Assembly: GCA_049283735.1 (NCBI GenBank) | Contig: JBAPWO010000146.1 | Location: 1,473-65,472 of the forward strand | Source of the DNA: Candidatus Dormiibacterota bacterium | GTDB taxonomy: Bacteria; Chloroflexota; Dormibacteria; Aeolococcales; Aeolococcaceae | Reading direction: 5' to 3' | Length of the DNA stretch: 64,000 nucleotides | Shown here: positions 16,943-25,618 of the stretch, piece by piece | Position numbering within the stretch: position 1 is the first letter of the stretch | How the letters are laid out: every line of letters starts with the position of its first letter | The notes under the pieces: model-generated | Seen by the model: only the letters and a program-made list of their open reading frames with translations | Told to the model about the DNA's origin: nothing | The model's database searches: none | Position numbers and translations under genes: made by a program

Positions 16943-18099
16943 TTGTCGCCGGATCGGCCGCTGCGCGCGCGCATGTCTTCGATCGCCCGTCGCGCCGCCC
17001 GGCGAACGAGTGCGCCGGCGTGACGCATCGGGTCGACGTCGGGATCGATGCTGTCCAGGGACAGCGCGGCGCTGAAGAGGCGCGGCAGCGCATCCACAAC
17101 CGCGCCCGCGATGGCGATGCAAGGAACACCGCGCAGCGTGGCTCTGGCGGCGACCTCGGCCGGCGCCTTGCCGGTCGAGGTCTGACGGTCCAGGCGTCCC
17201 TCACCGGTGATGGCGACAGTCGCGTCGCGCAAGGCGCTATCGAGGCCGACGAGGTCGCAGACGGCGCGAGCACCCGGCACCAGGCGAGCGCCCGCAAGGG
17301 CGAGCCCGAATCCGCACCCGCCTGCCGCGCCCGCACCGGGAATCCCGGCGACGTCGCCGCCGCCCATCCCTGCAGCAACCGCGGCGAGATGTGTCAGGGC
17401 TCGCTCGAGACGCATCACGTCGTCAGCACTGGCGCCCTTCTGGGGGGCAAACATTCGCGCGGCGCCCTGAGGCCCGAGCAGCGGACTTCGAATGTCGCAT
17501 GCCACCTCGATCGAGCATTGCGACAGCGCGCGTCGCACCGCGGACAGGTCGATGGCTTCGACGTCCTCGAGCCCGGCACCGCCAGGACCAATCTCTGTTC
17601 CGCGCGAGTCGGTCAGACGACCGCCAAGCGCCTGGAGCAGGCCGGCTCCGCCGTCGGTGCACGCGCTCCCGCCGACTCCGACAACGATACGTCGCGCCCC
17701 AGCGTCCAACGCGATGCGGATGAGCTCGCCGGTCCCGCACGAGGTGGCGTGCAGCGCGTCGAGCGCGTTGACATCGAGGCGCCGGAGCCCGGACGCTTCG
17801 GCAAGCTCGACGACCACCTCGTCATCCCCGAGCCATCCCAGGCGTGCGGTCAAGGGTTTGCCGGTAGGACCGGTTACGCGATGGCGGGTGACCCGGGACG
17901 CCGATCCCCGCGCGGCCAGGAGCACGTCAAGGGTGCCGTCACCTCCGTCCGCGACCGGCACCTCGACCGCGTCGGCGCCCGCATCGCGGACACCGCGCGC
18001 CATCGCCGCCGCCGCGGCCCGCGCGCTGAGCGTGCCCTTGAAAGCGTTCGGTGCGCAGACCGCGGTGAAGCTCGGAGCATGAGACGTTTGTGGACGCAT
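16939..18099 (-). CDS. glxK: glycerate kinase
   Basis: Motifs APNAFKGTLSA and PVADGGDGTLD are typical of the GlxK/GarK family. ATG 18099 chosen (alternative GTG 18126). Confidence 0.85.
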   Translation of the reverse strand: MRPQTSHAPSFTAVCAPNAFKGTLSARAAAAAMARGVRDAGADAVEVPVADGGDGTLDVLLAARGSASRVTRHRVTGPTGKPLTARLGWLGDDEVVVELAEASGLRRLDVNALDALHATSCGTGELIRIALDAGARRIVVGVGGSACTDGGAGLLQALGGRLTDSRGTEIGPGGAGLEDVEAIDLSAVRRALSQCSIEVACDIRSPLLGPQGAARMFAPQKGASADDVMRLERALTHLAAVAAGMGGGDVAGIPGAGAAGGCGFGLALAGARLVPGARAVCDLVGLDSALRDATVAITGEGRLDRQTSTGKAPAEVAARATLRGVPCIAIAGAVVDALPRLFSAALSLDSIDPDVDPMRHAGALVRRAARRAIEDMRARSGRSGDN

Positions 18100-18151
18100 G
18101 AGTGTGCATGGTGAGGAATCGCTCACCGCATGCGGCGGTCAGAATGTTCCG

Positions 18152-19384
18152 GTGACGAGCCGGGCCGTGACAGTGGGACTCGGCGCGGTCTACGTGGCCG
18201 CGTCGACCGTCGCCCCTCTCGTCTTGAAGACCACGCCGTCCGATCTCGATGTGTATTCCTGGCCTTCAGCCGAGACCGTCGTCGCCGGCCACCCGCTGCT
18301 CATCTATTCGACCGCCTCGCACGCCGTCTTCAATGACAACGGCCCGGTCGGGCTGATTCCGCTTCTGCCGATCGCGGCGCTGGCCAACGTGCTTGGGTGG
18401 GCGGGAAGTCTCACGGGTCGCGCCGCACTCACCGGGGCGGTCGCGTCGCTGATTGTGCTCCTCCTCGCTTACCAGGCCGTCGGCTTCATCGCGACGGCGC
18501 GTGGAGGTGTGCGCCGGCCGCTGGCGGTCGCGTGCGCGGTGCTGCTTGCGCCCGCACTGTGGTTCGCAATCATCGACTATGGGCATGTCGAGCAGCCGAT
18601 CGAGCTGTGCCTGGTCCTGCTGGCGATGACCTCGTTCCTCAGCGAGCGCAACGCATTGACAGGGATCGCGCTCGGCGCCGCGGTGCTCACCCGCACCATC
18701 GCCGGATTCTGTGCGATCCCGCTCGTGCTGGCTCCCCTCGCAGCGCGGCGGTTTCGCCCGACGGCAACGGTCGCGGCTGCCGCGGTGATCACCATCGGGG
18801 TCGGCATCGCGCCCTTCGTGATGGCGGATGCGCAATCGGCGACGCATTCGCTGGTCACGTACCGCGGCGACCTCCCGATCAGCGGCGGGTCCTTCTGGGT
18901 CATCGCGCGAGACGGGCCCTGGGCAAGCCTGGTAAGAAACGGTGACGTCTACTTCGGGGCCGCTGTCGCGATTGCGCTCGTGGCAATCACGCTGCGCCGA
19001 AACCCTGGCGTCGCGAGCACACACACGGGGGTCATCGGGCTCGTCACCATGGCGTCATGCTGCTTTCCTCTCTTCGCCAAGACGGTGTTTCCGTACTACC
19101 TCCTCGAGCCATACGTCTTGGCCGCCATCTGGTGGCTTGCTCGACCCGGCACCGCGCGCAACTGGCGCGCGGTTGTCCCGGTGTTGCTCACCCTGGATGT
19201 GTTCATCGTCAAGGCGGCGCTGATCTCGCCGGACAGCGCGTGGGGTCTCGTCGCAAGCCTTGTCTCGTCGGCCACCGTCGGTGTTGCACTCGCTCTCGTG
19301 ACCGTTGATCTCCTCCGCTCCGCGGAGAGTGCCCTACCGGCGAATGCTGCCATGAGCGGCGCGACGGTCCACGACGCGACGTAG
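18152..19384 (+). CDS. polytopic membrane protein, GT-C / GT87 (DUF2029)-like
   Basis: More than 10 TM helices, with an early loop motif SDLDVYSW similar to PimE/GT87-type mannosyltransferases. Start uncertain (the track ORF begins at 18098). Confidence 0.5.
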   Translation: MTSRAVTVGLGAVYVAASTVAPLVLKTTPSDLDVYSWPSAETVVAGHPLLIYSTASHAVFNDNGPVGLIPLLPIAALANVLGWAGSLTGRAALTGAVASLIVLLLAYQAVGFIATARGGVRRPLAVACAVLLAPALWFAIIDYGHVEQPIELCLVLLAMTSFLSERNALTGIALGAAVLTRTIAGFCAIPLVLAPLAARRFRPTATVAAAAVITIGVGIAPFVMADAQSATHSLVTYRGDLPISGGSFWVIARDGPWASLVRNGDVYFGAAVAIALVAITLRRNPGVASTHTGVIGLVTMASCCFPLFAKTVFPYYLLEPYVLAAIWWLARPGTARNWRAVVPVLLTLDVFIVKAALISPDSAWGLVASLVSSATVGVALALVTVDLLRSAESALPANAAMSGATVHDAT

Positions 19385-19911
19385 ATGACCAGCTCGCGTG
19401 GTCGCTTCCTGCTGCTGGGCTCCGCGGAGTTCGAGCCATGGGTGGCCGAAGCGGAGCGATTCGCGCTGTCCGGCGCCGCCGGCGATGGCTCGGCATGGTG
19501 CTCTTCAGCGGCGGCAGCCCGAAGTACCTCGCCCAGACTCTGACCGGCACTCCGGTGTGGGATGGCGTACAGCGGCTGCTCGACAGAGGTGGCGTCTTTG
19601 CGGGGTGCAGCGCCGGCGCGATGATCGCGGGCACCACTGGGATGCAGTTCCCGTTTGGCAGCGGCTTGGGCTTGCTGCGCGCAACCGCCATCGGCGTCCA
19701 TTGGGATGCGCTATCGGGATGGTGGATAGGCTGGCTCCGCGACCTCGCGCCGCGCCGCCTGCAGTCCGCCGTTGGCTTCCTGGGAATCGCCGAGCACACT
19801 GCAATTGCGTCAGACGGTGATACCTGGCGCGTATTCGGCACCGGCGTCGTGGACGTTCGTCGGGACCACGAGCGGCACGCGTTCGGAGCGGGAGAGGCGT
19901 TCCCGAGATAG
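19385..19911 (+). pseudogene. decayed peptidase S51 / class-I glutamine amidotransferase-like gene (internal deletion plus frameshift)
   Basis: The frame starting at ATG 19385 encodes MTSSRGRFLLLGSAEFEPW... (S51 N-terminus) and stops at 19543. Another frame (track ORF 19438..19911) carries the rest, including the nucleophile motif GCSAGAM. About 55 aa present in the intact paralogue at 24475..25257 are missing. Confidence 0.55.
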
Positions 19912-19966
19912 ATCGCGCGGTCGCCGCCTTCGGGGGCGAATTCGGCAGAATGCCTCGCAAGGTCTC

Positions 19967-21055
19967 ATGAATCGAACTCCGAGGACGTACTGGCTGGCGG
20001 CGGCTTTCCTCTTCACGCTGACCGCGTGCTCGCCCTCGGCGTCAGATCCCGTGTCCACAAAGGTGACCCCACCCGCGAAACCTACCCCGACTGTTTCGCT
20101 GTCTTCCCCGGCGCCCACGGCGCTTCCACAACCCGCGCCGAGCCGCCTGGTGGGCGCGTCCTTCGCGCTCCCCGCCCTCCCCGCCGGTGTGCCGTTCACC
20201 GGCAAGCTCCTGATCGCGGATCGCGGCAACGGCAGGATCATCGAGATCGGCGCGAACGGAGCCGTGGATTGGGTGTTTCCGCGCCCCGGGCAGAAGCTGC
20301 CGGTTCGCTTCGGAGCGCCGGACGACGCCTTCTACTCCGCGGACGGTACAACCATCATCGCCAATTCCGAAAGCCGCCAGACAGTGACCGCGATCGACAG
20401 GGCCACAGGAACCATTCTCTGGCAGGTTGGCAAGTACAACGTGCGCAGCAGTGCGACCGGCTACTTCAACGAGCCCGATGACGCGGTGCCGCAGGCGGAC
20501 GGAACGATCTGGGTCGCCGACATTCGGAACTGCCGCCTGGTGCATCTCAGCGCGGCCGGAGCCTGGTTGGAGACGCTGGGCAATCGCGCCTGTCGCCACA
20601 ACCCACCTCGCAGTTTCGCGGATCCCAACGGCGCGTTTGCCAGCACCGGCGGATCACTGATCGTCACCGAGATCGGCGGGAGCTGGGTGACCTCGCTCAC
20701 ACCGGGCGGTCCGGTGGCCTGGTCGGTGCGAGCACCGGTGCGGTATCCGTCCGACGCGATGCAGCTGCCCGGTGGATCGGTGCTCCTGACCGACTACTCG
20801 TCGCCCGGAGCGGTCGTGCGCCTCAGCACCACCGGCAAGACCCTGTGGTATTACCGCCCCTCCGGAGCCGCTGAGCTCAACCACACATCCATCGCCATAC
20901 CACTGGCCAGCAATCGTATTGCGATCTGCGATGACTTTCACAGCCGGATCGTGGTTGTGGATCCGGCGACCGACCAGGTGATCTGGACGTTCACCGGCTC
21001 TGGCTCGTCTCGCCTCTTCTACCCGGACGGCATCGATTACGAGCCGCCGCAGTGA
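19967..21055 (+). CDS. lipoprotein with beta-propeller (NHL-like) repeats
   Basis: Signal peptide with lipobox LTAC. Repeated blades: LLIADRGNGRIIEI, IWVADIRNCRLVHL, LIVTEIGGSWV, VLLTDYSSPGAVVRL, IAICDDFHSRIVVV. Confidence 0.7.
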   Translation: MNRTPRTYWLAAAFLFTLTACSPSASDPVSTKVTPPAKPTPTVSLSSPAPTALPQPAPSRLVGASFALPALPAGVPFTGKLLIADRGNGRIIEIGANGAVDWVFPRPGQKLPVRFGAPDDAFYSADGTTIIANSESRQTVTAIDRATGTILWQVGKYNVRSSATGYFNEPDDAVPQADGTIWVADIRNCRLVHLSAAGAWLETLGNRACRHNPPRSFADPNGAFASTGGSLIVTEIGGSWVTSLTPGGPVAWSVRAPVRYPSDAMQLPGGSVLLTDYSSPGAVVRLSTTGKTLWYYRPSGAAELNHTSIAIPLASNRIAICDDFHSRIVVVDPATDQVIWTFTGSGSSRLFYPDGIDYEPPQ

Positions 21056-21149
21056 GGTTGGCGGCGCGAGACGGCTGCGCAAGGGGCGCTTCGTCAGGCC
21101 GCGAATCGGCGGAGGGGCATCGGTAGACGGGCGGCGCTCCGCCCGTGCG

Positions 21150-22073
21150 TTGGTCGTCGCGTTCACCATCGTCACGCTCGCGGCATGTACGAACGCTGTC
21201 AGCCACACGCGGGCTGAGGCCACGCCCACCCCGCCAACGCCCGCCACGACCGCGACGCCGTCCACGGTCGCGACGCCGGCACCCACCCCCGCGACCACGC
21301 TGGCCGCCTGCGCCGCCGCGGTGACCAGGACGGCACTCCGCGTGGTACATCGGTTCAGCGTGTCGCCCGACGACATCGCGATCGACGCATCGGGCCGCCT
21401 CTGGGTCAGCGCGCGCGAGGTTGACGCGCTCATCAGCCTGAATCCGGACGGAGGTGGAGTCGCCACCGCGACCGTCCCGGGAGGACCCGAAGGCGTCGCC
21501 ATCGCGGCCGCCGCGACGTATGTTGCAGAGCAGAATGTCAACGCGATCGAGCAGATCACACCGCAGCGCCGCAGGGTCATGACGTTTCCAAACCACACCG
21601 CCAACGCGGGGATCGACGGCATAGCCCTCGGCGCGTCCGGCCAGACCTTGCTCATCCCTGACAGTCCCAATGGCACGCTGCTAGAGCTGTCGCTCATCGG
21701 TCCCCCCAGGCAGCGGGTGATCGCCACACAGCTCGGTCGACCGGTATCGGCCGCCCCCGGTCCCGGCGGCGACATCTTCGTCGCCAGCGAGTCGTCGCCC
21801 GGACTCGTCGTGGTCACCTCGACCGGGGCCGTGAGAGCGATCGGTGGCTTCAACGATCTCGATGAAGTCGTCGCGTACGCCGGCCTCCTGTACGTCACCG
21901 AGTTGAACCGCCACGACGTGCTCGCCGTCGATCCGGCGTCGGGGGCGTCGGTGCGTCTTGCGTTCAACCTTCCGGCGCCGCAAGGGCTCGCCGTCACGGC
22001 GAGCGGGATCCTGGAGATCGTCGACGCCACGACCGATACGCTCTACTCACTCCCGGCATGCGGCGTTGCGTGA
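21150..22073 (+). CDS. lipoprotein with Thr/Pro-rich linker and beta-propeller (NHL/SMP-30-like) repeats
   Basis: TTG start and lipobox LAAC, followed by a TPTPPTPATTATP linker. Blades: RLWVSAREVDALISL, TYVAEQNVNAIEQI, DIFVASESSPGLVVV, LLYVTELNRHDVLAV. Confidence 0.65.
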   Translation: MVVAFTIVTLAACTNAVSHTRAEATPTPPTPATTATPSTVATPAPTPATTLAACAAAVTRTALRVVHRFSVSPDDIAIDASGRLWVSAREVDALISLNPDGGGVATATVPGGPEGVAIAAAATYVAEQNVNAIEQITPQRRRVMTFPNHTANAGIDGIALGASGQTLLIPDSPNGTLLELSLIGPPRQRVIATQLGRPVSAAPGPGGDIFVASESSPGLVVVTSTGAVRAIGGFNDLDEVVAYAGLLYVTELNRHDVLAVDPASGASVRLAFNLPAPQGLAVTASGILEIVDATTDTLYSLPACGVA

Positions 22074-22091
22074 GCAGCGCCATCCACACAG

Positions 22092-23534
22092 TCAGACGAG
22101 AGTCGCGACCAGCATCGCGGCGGCGGCGCCCATCAGCGTCGTCGCAATCCAGAGCAGTGCATTGCTCAGCGGTCCACTGCGATGCTCCCGCATGACGCGT
22201 CGATCGCGAGCGAGGAGCGCAAGCAGCACGAGGATCGGAGGAGCGACAACTCCGTTGATGATCGCCGTGACGACCAGTGCCTGAATCGGATCGATGTTGA
22301 GGATGCTCATCAACACGCCCCCGAGGAGCGCGACCAGGATGAGCCCGTAGAAGGTCGGACGAGCTCTCGGCGTTTCGCTGAGGCCGCCGCGGAAGCCGAA
22401 GAACTCTTTGACCGCGTATGCGGCACTTGCGGTGAGGACCGGAATGGCGAGCAGGCCGGTGCCGATCATGCCCAGCGCAAAGAGCGCGAATGCGAACGGT
22501 CCCGCCAGCGGCTTCAGCGCCTCCGCGGCCTGCTGCGCGGTCGCGATGCCGGTGTGTCCCGGGGTGTGGAGCACCGTTCCGGACGCAAGGATGATGCAGT
22601 ACATCACCAGCTGCGAGAAGAGCATTCCGATCGCGACGTCGACCCGCGCCGCCCGCAGTTCCTTCCGGCTCGTGCCACGCCGCTCGCCTTCGGTGGTGGC
22701 GCCGGCGGCTTTCATCTCGTCGACCTCGCTCGATGACTGCCAAAAGAACAGATAGGGGCTGATGGTCGTGCCGAGGATCGCGACCACGATGCCGAGAAAG
22801 TCCTTGTTGAACTCGACGTGCGGAATGAAGGTGGCCTCGACGGTTGCAAGCAGCTGCGGGTGGACGATGAAGACCGTGATGACATACGCGAAGAGTGCGA
22901 GCGTCAGGTACTTGAAGCAGCGGAAGATCGTCGAGTAGGAGAGACGGAGCTGCATGACTCCGATGAGCAGCGCCACCGGGACCACGAACCAGGCGGGTTG
23001 AACGTGGCTACCCGTGAGCAGCGAACCTCCCGCTGCCACAGCACCGAGGTCGGCGCCGACATTGATGGTGTTGGCACAGAAGACCAGCATGATGCTGGGC
23101 CCGACGAGCACGGATGGAAATTTGCGGCGCAGCGAGGTGCCGAGCCCGACGCCGGTCTGCAACGCGATCCGCGCGCACGCCTCCTGGACCGCAATCATGA
23201 GCGGAAAAGTAAAGATCGCCAGCCAGAGCGTCCCCAGACCGAACTGGCTCCCTGCCTGGGAATAGGTCCCGATCCCGGACGGGTCATCGTCGGAGGCGCC
23301 GGTGATGAGTCCGGGGCCGAGCAGGTGGATGACACCCATCGGTCCGCGATGGAGTGCCTCGTCAACGCTGCTCCGTCCGGCCTGCGGCGTGCCGGTCGCC
23401 GCTTCGCCGACATGCCCCTTGTTGACGGCTGCGGCAGGCGGCTCCTCGGCGATGGCGCCCGTACGCGCCGCGGCGGCGCGAATCGGATCGGGCCGCTCTT
23501 CAGCGCCAGCCGGATTCATTCTGGACGTCCCCAT
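22092..23534 (-). CDS. mntH: Nramp-family divalent metal (Mn2+/Fe2+) transporter
   Basis: Motif GPGLITGASDDDPSGIGTYSQAG and 11-12 TM helices. Alternative ATG at 23519. Confidence 0.85.
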   Translation of the reverse strand: MGTSRMNPAGAEERPDPIRAAAARTGAIAEEPPAAAVNKGHVGEAATGTPQAGRSSVDEALHRGPMGVIHLLGPGLITGASDDDPSGIGTYSQAGSQFGLGTLWLAIFTFPLMIAVQEACARIALQTGVGLGTSLRRKFPSVLVGPSIMLVFCANTINVGADLGAVAAGGSLLTGSHVQPAWFVVPVALLIGVMQLRLSYSTIFRCFKYLTLALFAYVITVFIVHPQLLATVEATFIPHVEFNKDFLGIVVAILGTTISPYLFFWQSSSEVDEMKAAGATTEGERRGTSRKELRAARVDVAIGMLFSQLVMYCIILASGTVLHTPGHTGIATAQQAAEALKPLAGPFAFALFALGMIGTGLLAIPVLTASAAYAVKEFFGFRGGLSETPRARPTFYGLILVALLGGVLMSILNIDPIQALVVTAIINGVVAPPILVLLALLARDRRVMREHRSGPLSNALLWIATTLMGAAAAMLVATLV

Positions 23535-23722
23535 GCGGATTCAGGAAACTCCCGGTGTCCGGGCTACGCTGCTTCGACGTGGCTGATCGAGCGCATGAGA
23601 GCTCCCCTACGGTACTTCGCTAAGCAAACGTTATATCGAGACTACCATATTGAGCCCGCAATCGGCGCTGTGCGGACGCCGGCGGTCACCGGCGTGTAAC
23701 ACGGTTTCGCGAGGCGTCGGAC

Positions 23723-24478
23723 ATGACCACACGCGGGTGGGCTGCCAGCGCTTCATTAGGGTCGATGACCCAGCTTTTCCGCCGCAACCGTCCCGACGGT
23801 GGCGCCCAGCCGCCGGTAGCCGTGCCCGAGCTCGCGCCCGTCCCCCCGGCGAGCACTGGGATCACCTGCACACTCGCGGGGTGCGCGAACGACACGGCGC
23901 AGCCCTGCGCATACCGTGACGGGCGAGGGCGTGCGTGCGGAGCCGCTTACTGTCCGGAGCACGGCGTCGCCACCGAAGGCAAGTTCTACTGCCGTCGGCA
24001 CGCCGGCGTGCTCCGCGCCGTGGGCGCGGAGGTCACGCCCCAGGGCGGATTGCCGGACGTCGACAACCGGGCGCCGTCACTGGTCAGCTGGATCGCACGC
24101 GACCTCGATGCGGCTGTCCGCAGGTTGCTCGCCGGCGTCGCCGGTCCGGGTGAGAGCGTCATCGCCGACGAGACCGTGCACGTCGCGCGTGACTTCAGCC
24201 GGAAGGCGCGATGGGAGCAGAGCTGGCGGCTCGTCGATCACACCGGGCTGATCCTCAAAGTGACGGTTCAGGTGCTGGAGGACAACGACTCCCTGGTTCG
24301 TGTCCACGTCGGCGGTGGCGTGATCGCCGACGGCGTTCCGCCGTGGATCGTGCACCGCACGACGGATACGGACATGACCACCGACCTCGAACAGCGTCAG
24401 CGGTTCTACCAGTGGCTGGACGAGAGTATCTTCCTGGCCGTGGATCGGTTTCGCACCGAGCGCCAGCCCAACAGCTAG
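23723..24478 (+). CDS. hypothetical protein with N-terminal Cys-rich (zinc-ribbon-like) segment
   Basis: High GC3 ORF. Contains CTLAGC-x7-C-x10-C-x4-CPEH-x10-C. Alternative start MTQLF at 23765. Confidence 0.5.
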   Translation: MTTRGWAASASLGSMTQLFRRNRPDGGAQPPVAVPELAPVPPASTGITCTLAGCANDTAQPCAYRDGRGRACGAAYCPEHGVATEGKFYCRRHAGVLRAVGAEVTPQGGLPDVDNRAPSLVSWIARDLDAAVRRLLAGVAGPGESVIADETVHVARDFSRKARWEQSWRLVDHTGLILKVTVQVLEDNDSLVRVHVGGGVIADGVPPWIVHRTTDTDMTTDLEQRQRFYQWLDESIFLAVDRFRTERQPNS

Positions 24479-25257
24479 CTCGGCCCGCGGCGACGCGACG
24501 CCGCTCTCCGGACCTGCGCGGACGGCTGCGGAATCCCCTCGAGCACTCCCGACATCGAGCGGACGGGGTTGTTCCCGGGAACGTACACGGTGACGCCGCC
24601 GGCTCCCATGCAGCGCCACGCTCCCGAGTCCCACATCGCGCAGGTCCGCTCGTCGATGCCGATCAGAACTGCGTCGGGCAGCGCCGCGCGCGCCGACGGA
24701 TACCACTTCGCACCGAATGTGTCGTGATGCGGGAGCACGGCGGCGCCGTGCACGACGTCGAGCCCCGGAGCCGCGCGCCGTTCTGTGTGACCCGGGAAGG
24801 ACTCGCGCACCAGGGTGTCCGCGCAGATCGCCATCGCCCCGGCGGACGACCCTGCAAGCGCCGCGCCGTTCGCCCACGCGGTGATGATCGCGTTGCCGAC
24901 CGGGCTATCGCGGAGAACCGATGCCACCAGACCTGGATCGCCACCGGGGAGGTAGAAGAATCCCGCCCAGGCGGCACGCTCGGCAAGCTGGGCGTTGTGC
25001 GCCTGCGTCTTCGTGTACACCGCGAGCTCGAGCAGGTCCAACCCGAAGCGTTGAAACCATGTCTGGGCGTGCCGAACCGCCATGTCGGGCCGTGACCTGG
25101 CCGCGGCGGTCGCGACGACCAAGGCGGGACCCCGCGCGGATGTGGCGAGCAGCGTGTCGTGCGGTTCGTTGCCCGGATGAAACTCGTCACCACCGACGAG
25201 GGCCAGGAGGCCGGACTGCTGATGGGTGGCAGGCACCGTCCGATCATGCACAGTCAT
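24475..25257 (-). CDS. peptidase S51 family (cyanophycinase/dipeptidase E-like) protein
   Basis: Motifs LVGGDEF, YLPGGDP, nucleophile GSSAGAM and LPHHD; 260 aa. Confidence 0.7.
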   Translation of the reverse strand: MTVHDRTVPATHQQSGLLALVGGDEFHPGNEPHDTLLATSARGPALVVATAAARSRPDMAVRHAQTWFQRFGLDLLELAVYTKTQAHNAQLAERAAWAGFFYLPGGDPGLVASVLRDSPVGNAIITAWANGAALAGSSAGAMAICADTLVRESFPGHTERRAAPGLDVVHGAAVLPHHDTFGAKWYPSARAALPDAVLIGIDERTCAMWDSGAWRCMGAGGVTVYVPGNNPVRSMSGVLEGIPQPSAQVRRAASRRRGPS

Positions 25258-25296
25258 GACTGCGCCCGGCGACCGAGCGGCCCGCTGAGACCGGGG

Positions 25297-25479
25297 TCAG
25301 GCGCTGATGCGCTGGGCTTGGAGCGCCGCCTCGAGACGAAGACGAGACTCAGCTTCGCGCCGCGCTTCGACAACCACGTCCCACAGCACGCGAGACGCGT
25401 CTCGCTGCTGCAGGTACCTGTTGATCAAACGGCTCTCAGCGTGATCTGCCCGACGCTGCTGCCACCACATCCAGGCCAT
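25297..25479 (-). CDS. small hypothetical protein (60 aa, Trp-rich N-terminus, helical)
   Basis: ATG 25479 preceded by AAAGGAA (SD) and a TAGACT -10-like box. Sequence is MAWMWWQQRRADHAESRLINRY... Confidence 0.4.
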   Translation of the reverse strand: MAWMWWQQRRADHAESRLINRYLQQRDASRVLWDVVVEARREAESRLRLEAALQAQRISA

Positions 25480-25618
25480 CTGGGGTTCCTTTCTAGACAC
25501 CCAAAGTCTACATCGGATGTTCGGCTCCCGAGGGCACTTCGACGAGACAGCCTCTGAGGTTCCACGCGCCTGGAGCCGATCGTTTGGATCAGCGCCGGCT
25601 GGGGCAGCGTGAGCTTGG

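Noticed and set aside
20654-22030. 458-aa minus-strand ORF
   Set aside because: It is antisense to the two lipoprotein genes. It has Ser/Ala/Pro/Arg-rich composition, no motifs, and spans an intergenic gap of the real genes.
23535-23722. Possible yybP-ykoY (Mn) riboswitch upstream of mntH, because of the AGGGGAG element
   Set aside because: Only the GGGGAG core resembles the consensus (GGGGAGUAG). I could not find the 3' conserved UUGACA / AGACC elements or a convincing four-way junction. Kept only as an unexplained long leader.
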